Source: Savitreella phatthalungensis
Lineage: Eukaryota
Assembly: GCA_051599415.1 (NCBI GenBank)
Contig: AP039696.1
Location: 62,001 to 126,000 of the forward strand
DNA: 64,000 bases
Reading direction: 5' to 3'
Part shown: piece after piece, positions 44,278-54,340 of the stretch
How positions within the stretch are numbered: position 1 is the first letter of the stretch
Layout of the letters: each line of letters opens with the position of its first letter
Notes under the pieces: generated by a model
What the model was told of the DNA's origin: nothing
Seen by the model: only the letters and a program-made list of their open reading frames with translations
Database searches by the model: none
Made by a program: the position numbers and the translations under genes

Positions 44278-46605
44278 TTACTTCCACCCGGAAAGCTGCA
44301 TTTGTTCCATCCGACTCGCCAGTGGATGTGCCTCCCCTGGCTCGTCACCTGCAGCCGTCTCGACACCGACGATCGGTACAGGTCTACCCGCGCCTGCGGC
44401 CTCGCGCGTCGTCGTGATCGAGGCCGGCTTTAAATCGGCACTATCGACTGGTTCCATCTCGCTCGCCGGGATGTAAGTCGGCGCTGGTACACGCACAGTT
44501 GGCGAATCGTATCGCTGTGTGGCAAGCGTGCGTCTTGCCGGGGTCGACGTTGGTGACGTGACAGTAACGTCTCCGGTCTGACTGCGTGCCTCCAAATTTA
44601 TATTCAATTTGCTCGTGCCATCTGCGAGCATAGACGCAGCAAGAGATGGAGTCGCTTGCTGGAATGTCGATGAAGAAGGTGAAACCGGCGACGGAGTCGT
44701 TGGCCTTTCCATTGTCGCTCCTGCACTAATCGGCACAGGTTGCCCATTCATTTCTTCGTCACTTCGGTTAAACAAAGCTGCCCACCAGCGCACCTTTGAT
44801 ACATCCACTTCGAGCCACGCATCTCGCCGGTCCATCGTGTCGCCTGCTGGAACTGTTCCTTCCTTGACATAGTCCGGATTTACCCAGTCCTGCTTGTTCG
44901 ACAGGAAATACTCCCAGATTGAATGAGTCTTAGTATTGAGGCCGGCTTCGAGACGCTCGCGCTCGTTGTTGGCGAGGAAGCTGCCGTACTGGCAAGAATA
45001 GGTGTGATATAACAATCTCCTCAGGAAGCGATCGTTGAATTCGAAACGGGTGGGATGCTGCCATAGCACTTGATGCACGCAGTCGAGGAATTGGTGAAAG
45101 ATCGGAGATGTCAGACGCAGATGAGAAGTGGAATTGGACGATGCAGCATTGCCAACTTGCCGAGATACCTCACCTGCTCTTCGGCCAAATGCTTGCCACA
45201 CGCCGCTCACTTTCGATATATGCGCTTGAAACTCCGTTCGCATTGAAGGCGTGCCATCTGTCGGGGTTGGTGATTCGCGAGGTGGAGATGGTGCGGCACC
45301 GCTGACCTCCTCTTCTTCGCTCTGACCGGCTGCTTGATCGACGAAGCATTTTTCAGATGCAAGATAGCCTGATCTCTCCAGGAAGCGATGGCCGAACGAG
45401 AGCCAATCCTTCTCGATAAGCTGGATGAAGCCCTCCAGCGTGCGATAATACGGGTCGAGACACAATTCTGCTAGCGCACAGAGTTGACTCGTCCTATCCC
45501 ACCCGTCGGAGCAGTGGACTAGCACATTGGAATTGCCCAGATGCACCGTGCGAGAGATGAGTCCAGCACCGTCGAGGACATAGGATATGTGCTTTAGCCA
45601 GTTGCTCTTGACGAGCAGTTCCCGATTCGGTGGGCTATTGGTCAGATCACCGTCTTTGAGCGACTCGATCACCTTCGCTAGACTGTCTCGCATAACATGG
45701 ATGTTGTCAATACCGAGATAGACTTTCCGTGCTTTGGGATAGTGATCCATGTTCTCTGACCCAGCACCAATGGCGACGTTCGCCATCGCATTCGCTGTGG
45801 GACGAGCATCAACGATAAGGTGACCTGTGGAACTGCTGCCTTTGATCAGCGGATCAGCTGCGTTGCTGTCGAAGATACATCGAACGAGCTTTTCGTCTTG
45901 TAACGAACGGTTCTGCTTTAGTCCAACAAGTGGTTGCGACGCACGTGTGATGCTGCAGCCATTACGGTCATGAATGTAGGAAAGCACGGGAACTCTTCCC
46001 TTGCTGCGATATTTCCCTGCGTGGTACAAGACGTTGTCGCTTACATCTGCTGGAACTGCAAGGACTGCGGGATAAGTCGGAGAGAGCTTGTAATCGGCGT
46101 TGAGCTCTGAGAGTCGCCATTGGGGGAACTTGTTGCCGACACCTTGACGTGTAAATTCAGTCGATGGATCATAAACTGACCAACCATCGTGTTTGACCGG
46201 TACTTTGCTCCGATAGTCGTAGGCAAAGAGTCGTTCGACCTTATCGACGCACGTCATGCGTCGCATCATTTCGAAAACGCGTTTACAGTCGCGGTCCAGT
46301 TCGAAATTGAAAGTGTAGTAATTGAAGTCGCGGCACCGGATGCGTAGCGGGGAGTAGTCACCGACGCTTCGAGGCAATCGGATGACTGTCTGTACAATCG
46401 GGTAGCATATCCATAATTTTGCTGCAGGTGGATTCGTAGGCTCGAAGACCAGATGATGCTTGCTCAGGACCAGGTTACCGATGGTGGTAACACCTCTTCG
46501 AATGAGCTTGACATTGCCAATCTGCGAAGGGTCAGTGACTGTTGATGATGGTAGTGCTGCAGGAACGAGGAAAGCTACCTTGGCAGCACAGTCTTTATCC
46601 GCCAT
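44278..46605 (-). CDS. ymr1: Myotubularin-family PI(3)P phosphatase
   Basis: Catalytic VHCSDGWDRT, IVDARP, NIHVMRDSL, LDPYYRTLEGF..LIEKDWLSFGHRF, SPIFHQFLDCV. Confidence 0.96.
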   Translation of the reverse strand: MADKDCAAKVAFLVPAALPSSTVTDPSQIGNVKLIRRGVTTIGNLVLSKHHLVFEPTNPPAAKLWICYPIVQTVIRLPRSVGDYSPLRIRCRDFNYYTFNFELDRDCKRVFEMMRRMTCVDKVERLFAYDYRSKVPVKHDGWSVYDPSTEFTRQGVGNKFPQWRLSELNADYKLSPTYPAVLAVPADVSDNVLYHAGKYRSKGRVPVLSYIHDRNGCSITRASQPLVGLKQNRSLQDEKLVRCIFDSNAADPLIKGSSSTGHLIVDARPTANAMANVAIGAGSENMDHYPKARKVYLGIDNIHVMRDSLAKVIESLKDGDLTNSPPNRELLVKSNWLKHISYVLDGAGLISRTVHLGNSNVLVHCSDGWDRTSQLCALAELCLDPYYRTLEGFIQLIEKDWLSFGHRFLERSGYLASEKCFVDQAAGQSEEEEVSGAAPSPPRESPTPTDGTPSMRTEFQAHISKVSGVWQAFGRRAGEVSRQVGNAASSNSTSHLRLTSPIFHQFLDCVHQVLWQHPTRFEFNDRFLRRLLYHTYSCQYGSFLANNERERLEAGLNTKTHSIWEYFLSNKQDWVNPDYVKEGTVPAGDTMDRRDAWLEVDVSKVRWWAALFNRSDEEMNGQPVPISAGATMERPTTPSPVSPSSSTFQQATPSLAASMLADGTSKLNINLEARSQTGDVTVTSPTSTPARRTLATQRYDSPTVRVPAPTYIPASEMEPVDSADLKPASITTTREAAGAGRPVPIVGVETAAGDEPGEAHPLASRMEQMQLSGWK

Positions 46606-47884
46606 GAAAATTGAGCTTAGACCAGGAGTATTAGCACGGAGTAGTTCATATGTCGATGCCTGCGGTCGTCATACTGAGACCGACGCAGCTGCTGATTATC
46701 GTCGTGAAGATCGAAAGATGGTGACGCCGCGGAATGGGGATGGTGATTACTGTCGCCAAAAGACGAGCTGCACTGTCTGTCCACCAATCCCTAAGCTTGA
46801 GATGACTCTGAAGAGGTCTGAACTCCTAGATGTTCTTGTTGACTTGTTTCACGCGGGGGTGTTTCACTATGAGCCTTTGATGTGTGGGCTATATCCCGTG
46901 GATCTACTACGTGCAATGTGTGTATGTGGTGTGCGTCAATCAGTCGTGCATCCTGTCACAGTGTCAAACTAACATAGTTGGTTGGAAGTCCGTGGCGTAT
47001 TGAAAAGGAAGATTCAAATTCAGATGAATGAAAAAGCCATTGATGCATTCAATGTTCGACCAGAGTTCAATCATAATTCTCACTTCACTTTGATAATCGT
47101 CTTTAGGAAATCTCCACTTTGCATGTGATCATTGGTGAAGTCCTTTACGAGACACGGAATCGAGTACATCATCCAAGCGCTCAATAAGGCCATTCTCCAT
47201 GACGAAGAAATGCTACATCAGTCGCTAGATCTCACCTGTCGATGTGATGAAGAGCGTCTCTTTGAGCCACGAAGCATCAGCCTGTAGTCTTTGTCATCCA
47301 GCTGAGGCAATCTGTGGTGGGCTAGTCCGCTTACAGGGATGCTGTGTGTACTCTCTTTCATCTCATGCTACTAGCAATTAGTTGCTCTCTAGAGTGCTTT
47401 CCAGCCTGATCATGCATTTGACACAAGCCAGATATTATCCAACTTACATATATCTCTCTCTCTCTGCCTCTCTATCATTTTCACTTTCTCCCTCTCGGTT
47501 TCCGCCTTAGTGTGATCGACTTCCAGCCCAGCGGATCCTGCGCAATCAAATCTAGGACAGATCAGAAAATCCAGGAGATCACAACAGATGAGATCGGAAA
47601 TTGTTCCGCATCCACATAAGATTCACAATTAAATTGATCACTGCAGTTAGATCACAGGTTCAGACTGTACAGGCTGGAACCGGTTCATGCACGAGCACGA
47701 GCACCCTTCTGGTCTCGGCGGAAGTAATGCAACGCCATAAGACTCTCCCTACGGTAGCTACCCATTCCTCAACCCAAGCTCATCAACTTCATCTACATCT
47801 TCGCACAGTCGCCAGAAAGAGCGCGACACCTCTGTCTTGCTTCATCGAGCCTCGCGCCCACTTTTGGTCTACTAGCGCTCCTTC

Positions 47885-48296
47885 ATGGTAAGCAGTTCCA
47901 CATAGCTGTCGTCCAGCTCGACCCGACTTTTGCAAATGGAATGAAACTGACTTTACTTGCTAGGGTATCCAGTATAACAAATACTTGTCAGGCGACAAAG
48001 TCTATGGCTGTAAGAAGTGTCAGACGCACTTCGCCCTGCCTGAGCACATCATGGCGAAGTCCTTCCACGGCCAAGCTGGCAAGGCTTACCTGTTCTCCCG
48101 AGTGTGCAACGTCCAGCTGGGCGATCAGGAAGAGCGCCATATGATGACAGGCAGGCACATCGTCAGGGACCTAGCTTGCAGGCAGTGCCGCTCCTACGTC
48201 GGCTGGAAGTACGACAAGGCTTGGGAACCAGATCAGGCATACAAGGAAGGCAAGTTCATCCTCGAATACGAGCTGATCCGGTCAGTCCAGAGCTAG
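47885..48296 (+). CDS. moh1: Yippee/Moh1 zinc-binding protein; two coding exons (47885-47887 and 47964-48296)
   Basis: Intron 47888-47963 has GTAAGC donor, ACTGAC branch site and TAG acceptor. Splicing gives MGIQYNKYLSGDKVYGCKKC...GKAYLF...MMTGRHIVRD..CRQC..VGWKY...YKEGKFILE. Confidence 0.93.
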
Positions 48297-48635
48297 CATC
48301 AGCCCGGCGCATTATCTCATCGTCCAGTCTGTCAGTCAACCGCGAGAAGAGATGACAGGAAAGAGAGAGAAGAGAGAGAGACAGCTCAGGAGCCATGCTC
48401 TGATTCCTCATATTCACCCACACCGAAACACAATTTCACGACACTTACGCCTCTAATGAATCAATTACCTTTTCCCTACCTTTGTACTCACTGAAGCTAA
48501 CTCGTGAGTGCGCATTGCCACCTTTACCTCTTCATTATTGTGGTGCTACTGTGCGAAATATGGTACACTAGTGTCGACTGTGGGGTGCAAGCAACGGATG
48601 TCGCGCACCAGGCGAGCCGCAGGATTTGAACAGGT

Positions 48636-49478
48636 CTATACGGTTGGTATACCCACTACTTGTTTTGTCGCTGGAAACAGCGGTGCAATCTTGTAGACAC
48701 AAACCCAGCTGATAAGTCCCGTGATCAGACCGGTGAATTTCTCCTTGCGAGTGTGGAAGTATGCGGCGGTCATGAGCAGCATCCACCACCACCCAATGAC
48801 AACCACACCAATCAGGCGGGTCGATATGTCATGTACGAGATCACTGCCGGTCGTCAAGACCGGCAACATCTCATAAATGAGGAAGAGGGATGCATGAGTG
48901 AGGAGAAACACGTGTCCGGATAGATCGTGTCCTCCACGTAGCTTGCCGTGGATCTTCTTGCAGGCGGCGCTGGTGATGATGGCTGCTGCTTGCGCCTTTG
49001 TGTCGGCATCGATCGGGTCCTGCTTGCCAGCAGCTGCATCTGCAGCCAGTTCGCACACGCCGCCAGTCCAGACCATCGTCCTGTCCGTCAGCGGAGCGCC
49101 AAACGCCCACTGAGTCACAAAGATCCAAGCGACCGTCGCGATCGCCCACCTCGCTACCGCATTCATTCGCAGCCCTGGTCGAAGCCGATACACGTGTAAG
49201 CCAAAGACCGCAGTCGTCCAGAACCACCCGTTCTTGACAAATACGACGTTGAAGAGGTTGGTAGCATGGGCAAAATAAGAATCAGGATGACCAAGCTCAA
49301 ATGCAATACCAAGTAGGAGCGTCAATGGGTAGACACCGACGATCACTAGATCTGTGAGAGTGAAAATGCCACCTAATGGTGATGCATTTGTGAGGTGCCG
49401 GGTCTCATTGGATTTTGGCGGTTTCTCGGCTGTGTGGTTGTTATTTGGTGACCGCCTTCTCGTGGGCGCCTGACTCAT
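48636..49478 (-). CDS. scs3: FIT family acyl-CoA diphosphatase / lipid-storage protein (Scs3/Yft2)
   Basis: NLFNVVFVKNGWFWT, TQWAFGAPLTDR, GGHDLSGHVFLL, WWWMLLMTAAYFHTRKEK. Start at ATG 49478; ATG 49583 is also in frame. Confidence 0.9.
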   Translation of the reverse strand: MSQAPTRRRSPNNNHTAEKPPKSNETRHLTNASPLGGIFTLTDLVIVGVYPLTLLLGIAFELGHPDSYFAHATNLFNVVFVKNGWFWTTAVFGLHVYRLRPGLRMNAVARWAIATVAWIFVTQWAFGAPLTDRTMVWTGGVCELAADAAAGKQDPIDADTKAQAAAIITSAACKKIHGKLRGGHDLSGHVFLLTHASLFLIYEMLPVLTTGSDLVHDISTRLIGVVVIGWWWMLLMTAAYFHTRKEKFTGLITGLISWVCVYKIAPLFPATKQVVGIPTV

Positions 49479-50041
49479 GTTGTTATTGTGAGATCGCGAG
49501 AGACTGTCAAGCGGTGCTTGTGTATGCAGATGAGGTTCCTTGTGGTGAATTGGAGAGCAGTCTGGGTGTTTCAGCGACGTCATTGGGATCGATCGGGACA
49601 ATCTCAGAGAATCGGTACAAAGACAGATTTGTGCATAGAAATCATAGAAATTGAGTTTGGATGTAAATTACATTTCCAATGCCCACCCACTCTGGATTTC
49701 CATTCACCACTACCCGCATATGCACATCATACAATCTACAGCATGTGCACGTGTATCGAGGATCATTATCACCAAGTTCCCGTGCTCAAGAACTTTACTA
49801 AACGCGTTTACGATCGAGTTTGACTGACAGTTTTATCAACAGAATGGACAGAGGTGATACAATGCGGCATATAATCCATAGAGAACTAGCTGTACAAGGA
49901 CTGCGTGCCGTTACGAAACTGTCAGGAAGGTTTATACAAAGCTCGAGAGTTTACGACTCTTCGCACTCTTAAGCTCAGATCATATTCACAATTCTTCTTA
50001 AGTTTCAATATTGTATGATATAACAATGTCAGTCAAATACT

Positions 50042-50131
50042 CACACACACGCGCACACACACACAAATTCGAGAGTGCATCCACACACATACACAAGCTC
50101 ACACACGCACACACACATATACAGTACACAC
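50042..50131. repeat. Interrupted (CA)n tracts
   Basis: cacacacacgcgcacacacacaca and further CA-rich runs, read directly. Confidence 0.8.
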
Positions 50132-50340
50132 AAAATCATGTATACACGTCTCTTTGTTCATCTTTCCTAAACTCTTTCAACTCGAAGCCCTCTTTAGCAC
50201 AGATCCTCTCGCGCTCTTCTCGCTCTCTTCTCGCTCATAGTCCCTTTCAAAACGTCTGTCTGTCTGGGTTCTTGCACGACATGAATGCCATACTTCAATA
50301 GACATGACGTGAGCAGACACCAACCCAATCTAACATTCTC

Positions 50341-53300
50341 ATGACTCCCGAGACACTGAAACGCAAGCGTGACGCTGCCGATGGCAACGAAGGACCAAGG
50401 ACATCCGCTCCTGCAGCTCGACACGATGATTCAGGCACTACTTCGACGACCACAGGAACTACCGCCGCGAGCAATCAACCTCGAGTCATCAGTAGGGGAC
50501 CACTAGCGGTTCCTCGTCGCGTTGGTCCGCAGCCTACTGCCTCGACAATCACAACTCCCTCAGCTGAAAGGCGGCCATTCGTCAAAACAGTTGCTCTCGG
50601 AGTACCTCAGCGACCAGACGAGGCACCAGTCAATCACCGTGCCCAACCATCCTACCCAGCAGGATTAGCAGCCAACAGGATCAGAGTTGATGCTCTTGAA
50701 AGATTTGGCGAAAGTGATCAGTCCACACCACGCATGCAGCAATCGGTCTCCGCTAGCACTTCGGGCTCGGCTTCAGCTGCTACTGCTGTCACGCCTTCAA
50801 ACTCATCTTCGCGGCAGAAGCCACCTGTCAACAGCCTCACCAAAAGTGGCCGCAATGGACATAGTAGCCCGCATGGAGCACGGCGAACCTTACAAGACGC
50901 CATTCGTCCGGCACCGTCAGTAAACTTGGCCGCCGGGACCGTCACATCTTCGCAGGCTGGATCAATTGGACAGACGACGAGCACCGCGGCACCAGCCTCC
51001 GGATCGTCATCTTCCGCACAGGCGAGGCAGCCATTGTTTCTACCAGAATCTCCTATCGAGACGTCAAGCACTTCTCGGGCATCATTGAACCCTTCTACTA
51101 GTGCTCTCACGCGGGACACCACTGCTAGATCAGCTGTCGCCTCCGAACGTGTCAGAGAAGGTTCCTGGTCACCACCTCATATGGTTCCAGTCGCACCACT
51201 CGCGATGAGGGACTTATCAGAGCAGCCTTTAGCCGCTCGTATCGGACCCAGCCGCAGAAGCAGTCATAGTCCCGTGCTACTGTCTCGCTCCGGCTCTGGA
51301 CAAGGCTTCCGGACTCCTCGCGAACATTCTTCGCCTGACAAGACCAATCCCAGGCGGCGATCCAGCACTTCGATGTCAGACACCGAACAGGCATCACGTG
51401 CTTCAAGCCTGCCTCTTGAACAGCGTCTGTCACCCAGCAGTCACCGGGCTGCCACGCCTCAGAGACACGTGTCAGACAGGAGGCCTTCAGATGGCAGTCG
51501 CGGTGACAGCCGATCGTCAACATCCCAGCCAGTGACGCAGAATCGCACGGACAGTCTTCCGGCAGGAGCTGAGCGATCCCGTGTCACAGTGGCGGCGCCG
51601 GTCAATTCACCAGTCGCATTGTCAGCCACGCTTTCCACTTCGGCAGCATCCAAGGTCGCGTCACAGCCAAATAATGGGCCATCGCTATCGAGCTCTTCCA
51701 CCCGTTCTACTTCTGCCACTGACAAGATCAGCTCATCCGTAGCCGCGAGCAGCGCAGCTATATCCGCTGCAGCCAATGACGAGCGCCCTTCCTTGCCGGC
51801 CTCGAGCAGTGCATCCAGATCTGTTCCCTCCATCGACAAGAGTCCTTCGGGGGGATCTGTCAGAAGCATCACGCAATCGGCGGCAACAACTATCAGGGCT
51901 GATAATACGACCAGGGTAACACAACACGAAACCACTAATATACCGGCCGTGGCTCAGAGTTCTGGAGCACAACCCCAACAGGATGTAACACAAACTGGAA
52001 AACAAGCTTCGCAACGTGCAACGTCTGCAATGGATTCGCAGTCGAGATCGGCCAAAGATCGACCGTCAGTTTCAGCTGCTGCCACCACAACGACGGCGCA
52101 AATAGCTAACCAGGCAATTGTTCGGAGCGCCGTTCCGACTACGCAATCTGCCGCTATGGCAATTGCATCCGTGTCGAATACGGCTCCTCCAGCGCGTGAT
52201 CCACGTCTCGAACTACGCAAAGCTGCTGCCACAGTCGTCGCAAGCCAAGCTCTTCCCCAGTCCGCAAATACACCACAGAGTACATCAATCGCGCCTAATT
52301 CTGGCGTGAGCCAGCCTTCCACTGTTGCGCCATCGGGCGTACCAGCAGCGATTTTGGGCACAAACAAAAATGCCCTGGAGCGCGCGCCTGCATCTGTGAG
52401 CAAACCTCCAGGAGCCGCGGGCACCACCACCACGGGTGCTACCACAAAGCTTATCCCAAATCCGAGCGAGGGAAATGCCCCCAGACTCGAACTCCAGTCG
52501 ACAGCGTCCGCTGCTCAGACCGCTTCGAAGTCTGTGACAGCAGCGCCTGCAACAATCACAACAGGTCCTCGATCATTGCCAACGTCGGTCAAGAAAGCAC
52601 GCACGGCAAGCAAAAAAACAACGACAACCGTGAGCTCCGCCGGGAAAGCTGCCGGGTCAAGCGCCGCACCTTCACCGAGCGCCTCAGCTCCGGTCCAGCC
52701 ATCCGCTCGTTCGGCAAAGGTTGCGAGCTCTACAAATTCCGCGAGCCAGGGGCAACCGGGTTCGGCACAAAGTACAATGCCATCCGGCTATCCGGTTCCC
52801 GACCAGTCACGCTCGGCCTCTCAAGCGCAAGCTGGCCCAGGGTCGCTACATCATCCGGGACATTCGTCATGGCAATCACTGCCATATCGCCCGGGCCAGC
52901 CTCACCCTCATCCTCATCCCCAGCCACAGCCAAGTGCATCTCAATTGAGCTCGTACTATGCCTCAGGAGGCTCAGAACCGATGCATCCTGGACAGATGTA
53001 TAATGCCTACTCTGGTCCTGTTTCAAACAGTCCGCATCCACAAGGGGCGATAAATCCAAGAGGGATGACGCCTCAGCAGTGGCAGTCCTCGATTTTCGGG
53101 TCAATCACGTTGCAACCTACGCAGAGCAACGCGAGCACGATTCCCGCACAGGTTGTTCCGCAGAACCAAGCTATGGTACGCTCATACCCGCAATATCAAG
53201 GCGATCTCTTCCTCACATCGCAGTCTGCTAGTCAGCAGTTTTCACGAGGCCCATCGCTACCAAATGACAGTCGCTTCTATCCATCGACAAACACTGGGCC

Positions 53301-54108
53301 ACCAAATCAGAGTGCTGGCTCTAATCCGATTGCTGCTGCGTCCACAAAGACGTCAAAGGTACCAAGCAGGAATGGGTCGTCGTCGAAGACAACGGCTTCT
53401 GCGAAGGCGACCGACAGCACGCGTGTGCCACATTCAGCAAAGCAATACCCGATTCCACCCTCCCAACCGCCATCTGCACCCGCACCGGCCAAGAGATCGC
53501 TCCTCGTTGATACGCCTACATCAGCGCAGATGCTGATGACGAATCCGCGTCTGGCGATCGCGGCCGTCGTCGCTCACATGGCCAATGCTGCTGCGAGTAT
53601 GCAGTCGCCTCCAGTGCATTCACAAATGCCATCTGCCCCACAGAGGACTCCAGTCGTGACCGCGACTGACGAAAGAACCGATCGCAGACCAATCCACGTC
53701 GCCAAGAAGGGTTCTGTGTCTGACGGCGGTCAGGACGAGTCAATGTCCTCCTCCGACGACGACGACGAGATTCTCGTCCCCCGCGTCATTCCTCGCGTCT
53801 TTGACAGCGACGAGGACATGGACGATGACGATGACGATAATGATGACGATGACGACGACAATTACGATACGATATTTGACGCGCCCGCTGACGACGACAA
53901 CCATGTTGAGGGTGACGGCGGCGTGGTGGAACCTCCGGAGAAGGTGATGGCGAGGTTGAGGAAACTGCAGGACCAGATCGATGCACTCGAGACGTCCAGG
54001 AGGATGATCGATGACAGGCTCGCTCAACTCCACAAATCACTTCGGACGCATTGCGAATCCTTAGTCAAACACATCCCAGCACCAGTATCCAATCACGCAC
54101 ACCCATAA
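50341..54108 (+). CDS. Large Ser/Thr/Ala/Pro-rich intrinsically disordered orphan protein (1255 aa) with poly-Asp tract and C-terminal coiled coil
   Basis: 3.77-kb uninterrupted ATG ORF; KRKR NLS-like N-terminus; acidic tract; heptad-like MARLRKLQDQIDALETSRRMIDDRLAQLHKSL. Confidence 0.8.
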   Translation: MTPETLKRKRDAADGNEGPRTSAPAARHDDSGTTSTTTGTTAASNQPRVISRGPLAVPRRVGPQPTASTITTPSAERRPFVKTVALGVPQRPDEAPVNHRAQPSYPAGLAANRIRVDALERFGESDQSTPRMQQSVSASTSGSASAATAVTPSNSSSRQKPPVNSLTKSGRNGHSSPHGARRTLQDAIRPAPSVNLAAGTVTSSQAGSIGQTTSTAAPASGSSSSAQARQPLFLPESPIETSSTSRASLNPSTSALTRDTTARSAVASERVREGSWSPPHMVPVAPLAMRDLSEQPLAARIGPSRRSSHSPVLLSRSGSGQGFRTPREHSSPDKTNPRRRSSTSMSDTEQASRASSLPLEQRLSPSSHRAATPQRHVSDRRPSDGSRGDSRSSTSQPVTQNRTDSLPAGAERSRVTVAAPVNSPVALSATLSTSAASKVASQPNNGPSLSSSSTRSTSATDKISSSVAASSAAISAAANDERPSLPASSSASRSVPSIDKSPSGGSVRSITQSAATTIRADNTTRVTQHETTNIPAVAQSSGAQPQQDVTQTGKQASQRATSAMDSQSRSAKDRPSVSAAATTTTAQIANQAIVRSAVPTTQSAAMAIASVSNTAPPARDPRLELRKAAATVVASQALPQSANTPQSTSIAPNSGVSQPSTVAPSGVPAAILGTNKNALERAPASVSKPPGAAGTTTTGATTKLIPNPSEGNAPRLELQSTASAAQTASKSVTAAPATITTGPRSLPTSVKKARTASKKTTTTVSSAGKAAGSSAAPSPSASAPVQPSARSAKVASSTNSASQGQPGSAQSTMPSGYPVPDQSRSASQAQAGPGSLHHPGHSSWQSLPYRPGQPHPHPHPQPQPSASQLSSYYASGGSEPMHPGQMYNAYSGPVSNSPHPQGAINPRGMTPQQWQSSIFGSITLQPTQSNASTIPAQVVPQNQAMVRSYPQYQGDLFLTSQSASQQFSRGPSLPNDSRFYPSTNTGPPNQSAGSNPIAAASTKTSKVPSRNGSSSKTTASAKATDSTRVPHSAKQYPIPPSQPPSAPAPAKRSLLVDTPTSAQMLMTNPRLAIAAVVAHMANAAASMQSPPVHSQMPSAPQRTPVVTATDERTDRRPIHVAKKGSVSDGGQDESMSSSDDDDEILVPRVIPRVFDSDEDMDDDDDDNDDDDDDNYDTIFDAPADDDNHVEGDGGVVEPPEKVMARLRKLQDQIDALETSRRMIDDRLAQLHKSLRTHCESLVKHIPAPVSNHAHP

Positions 54109-54340
54109 GAAACCCTACCTGCTGCAAGAAGCTCTAATGACATGAGACCTACAAGAACGCGGTCGTAGAACACATGCGTTTCGTGATCGTCATTGCGATA
54201 TATTGTCTGTACATACGTTGATAATTGAAGCGCTGGTCTAAGAGAATCGGAGAAAGAGCCATACAGTGTGATCGTTTTAGGTCCGTGCAGACTGGTGATA
54301 GTGCCCCGAGAAGAAACTCCGCACTACTTTAGCTTGCTTT

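Noticed and set aside
47132..47287. 51-codon helical-looking open frame (LVKSFTRHGIEYIIQALNKAILHDEEM...)
   Set aside because: No ATG start, no convincing splice partner, no recognisable motif.
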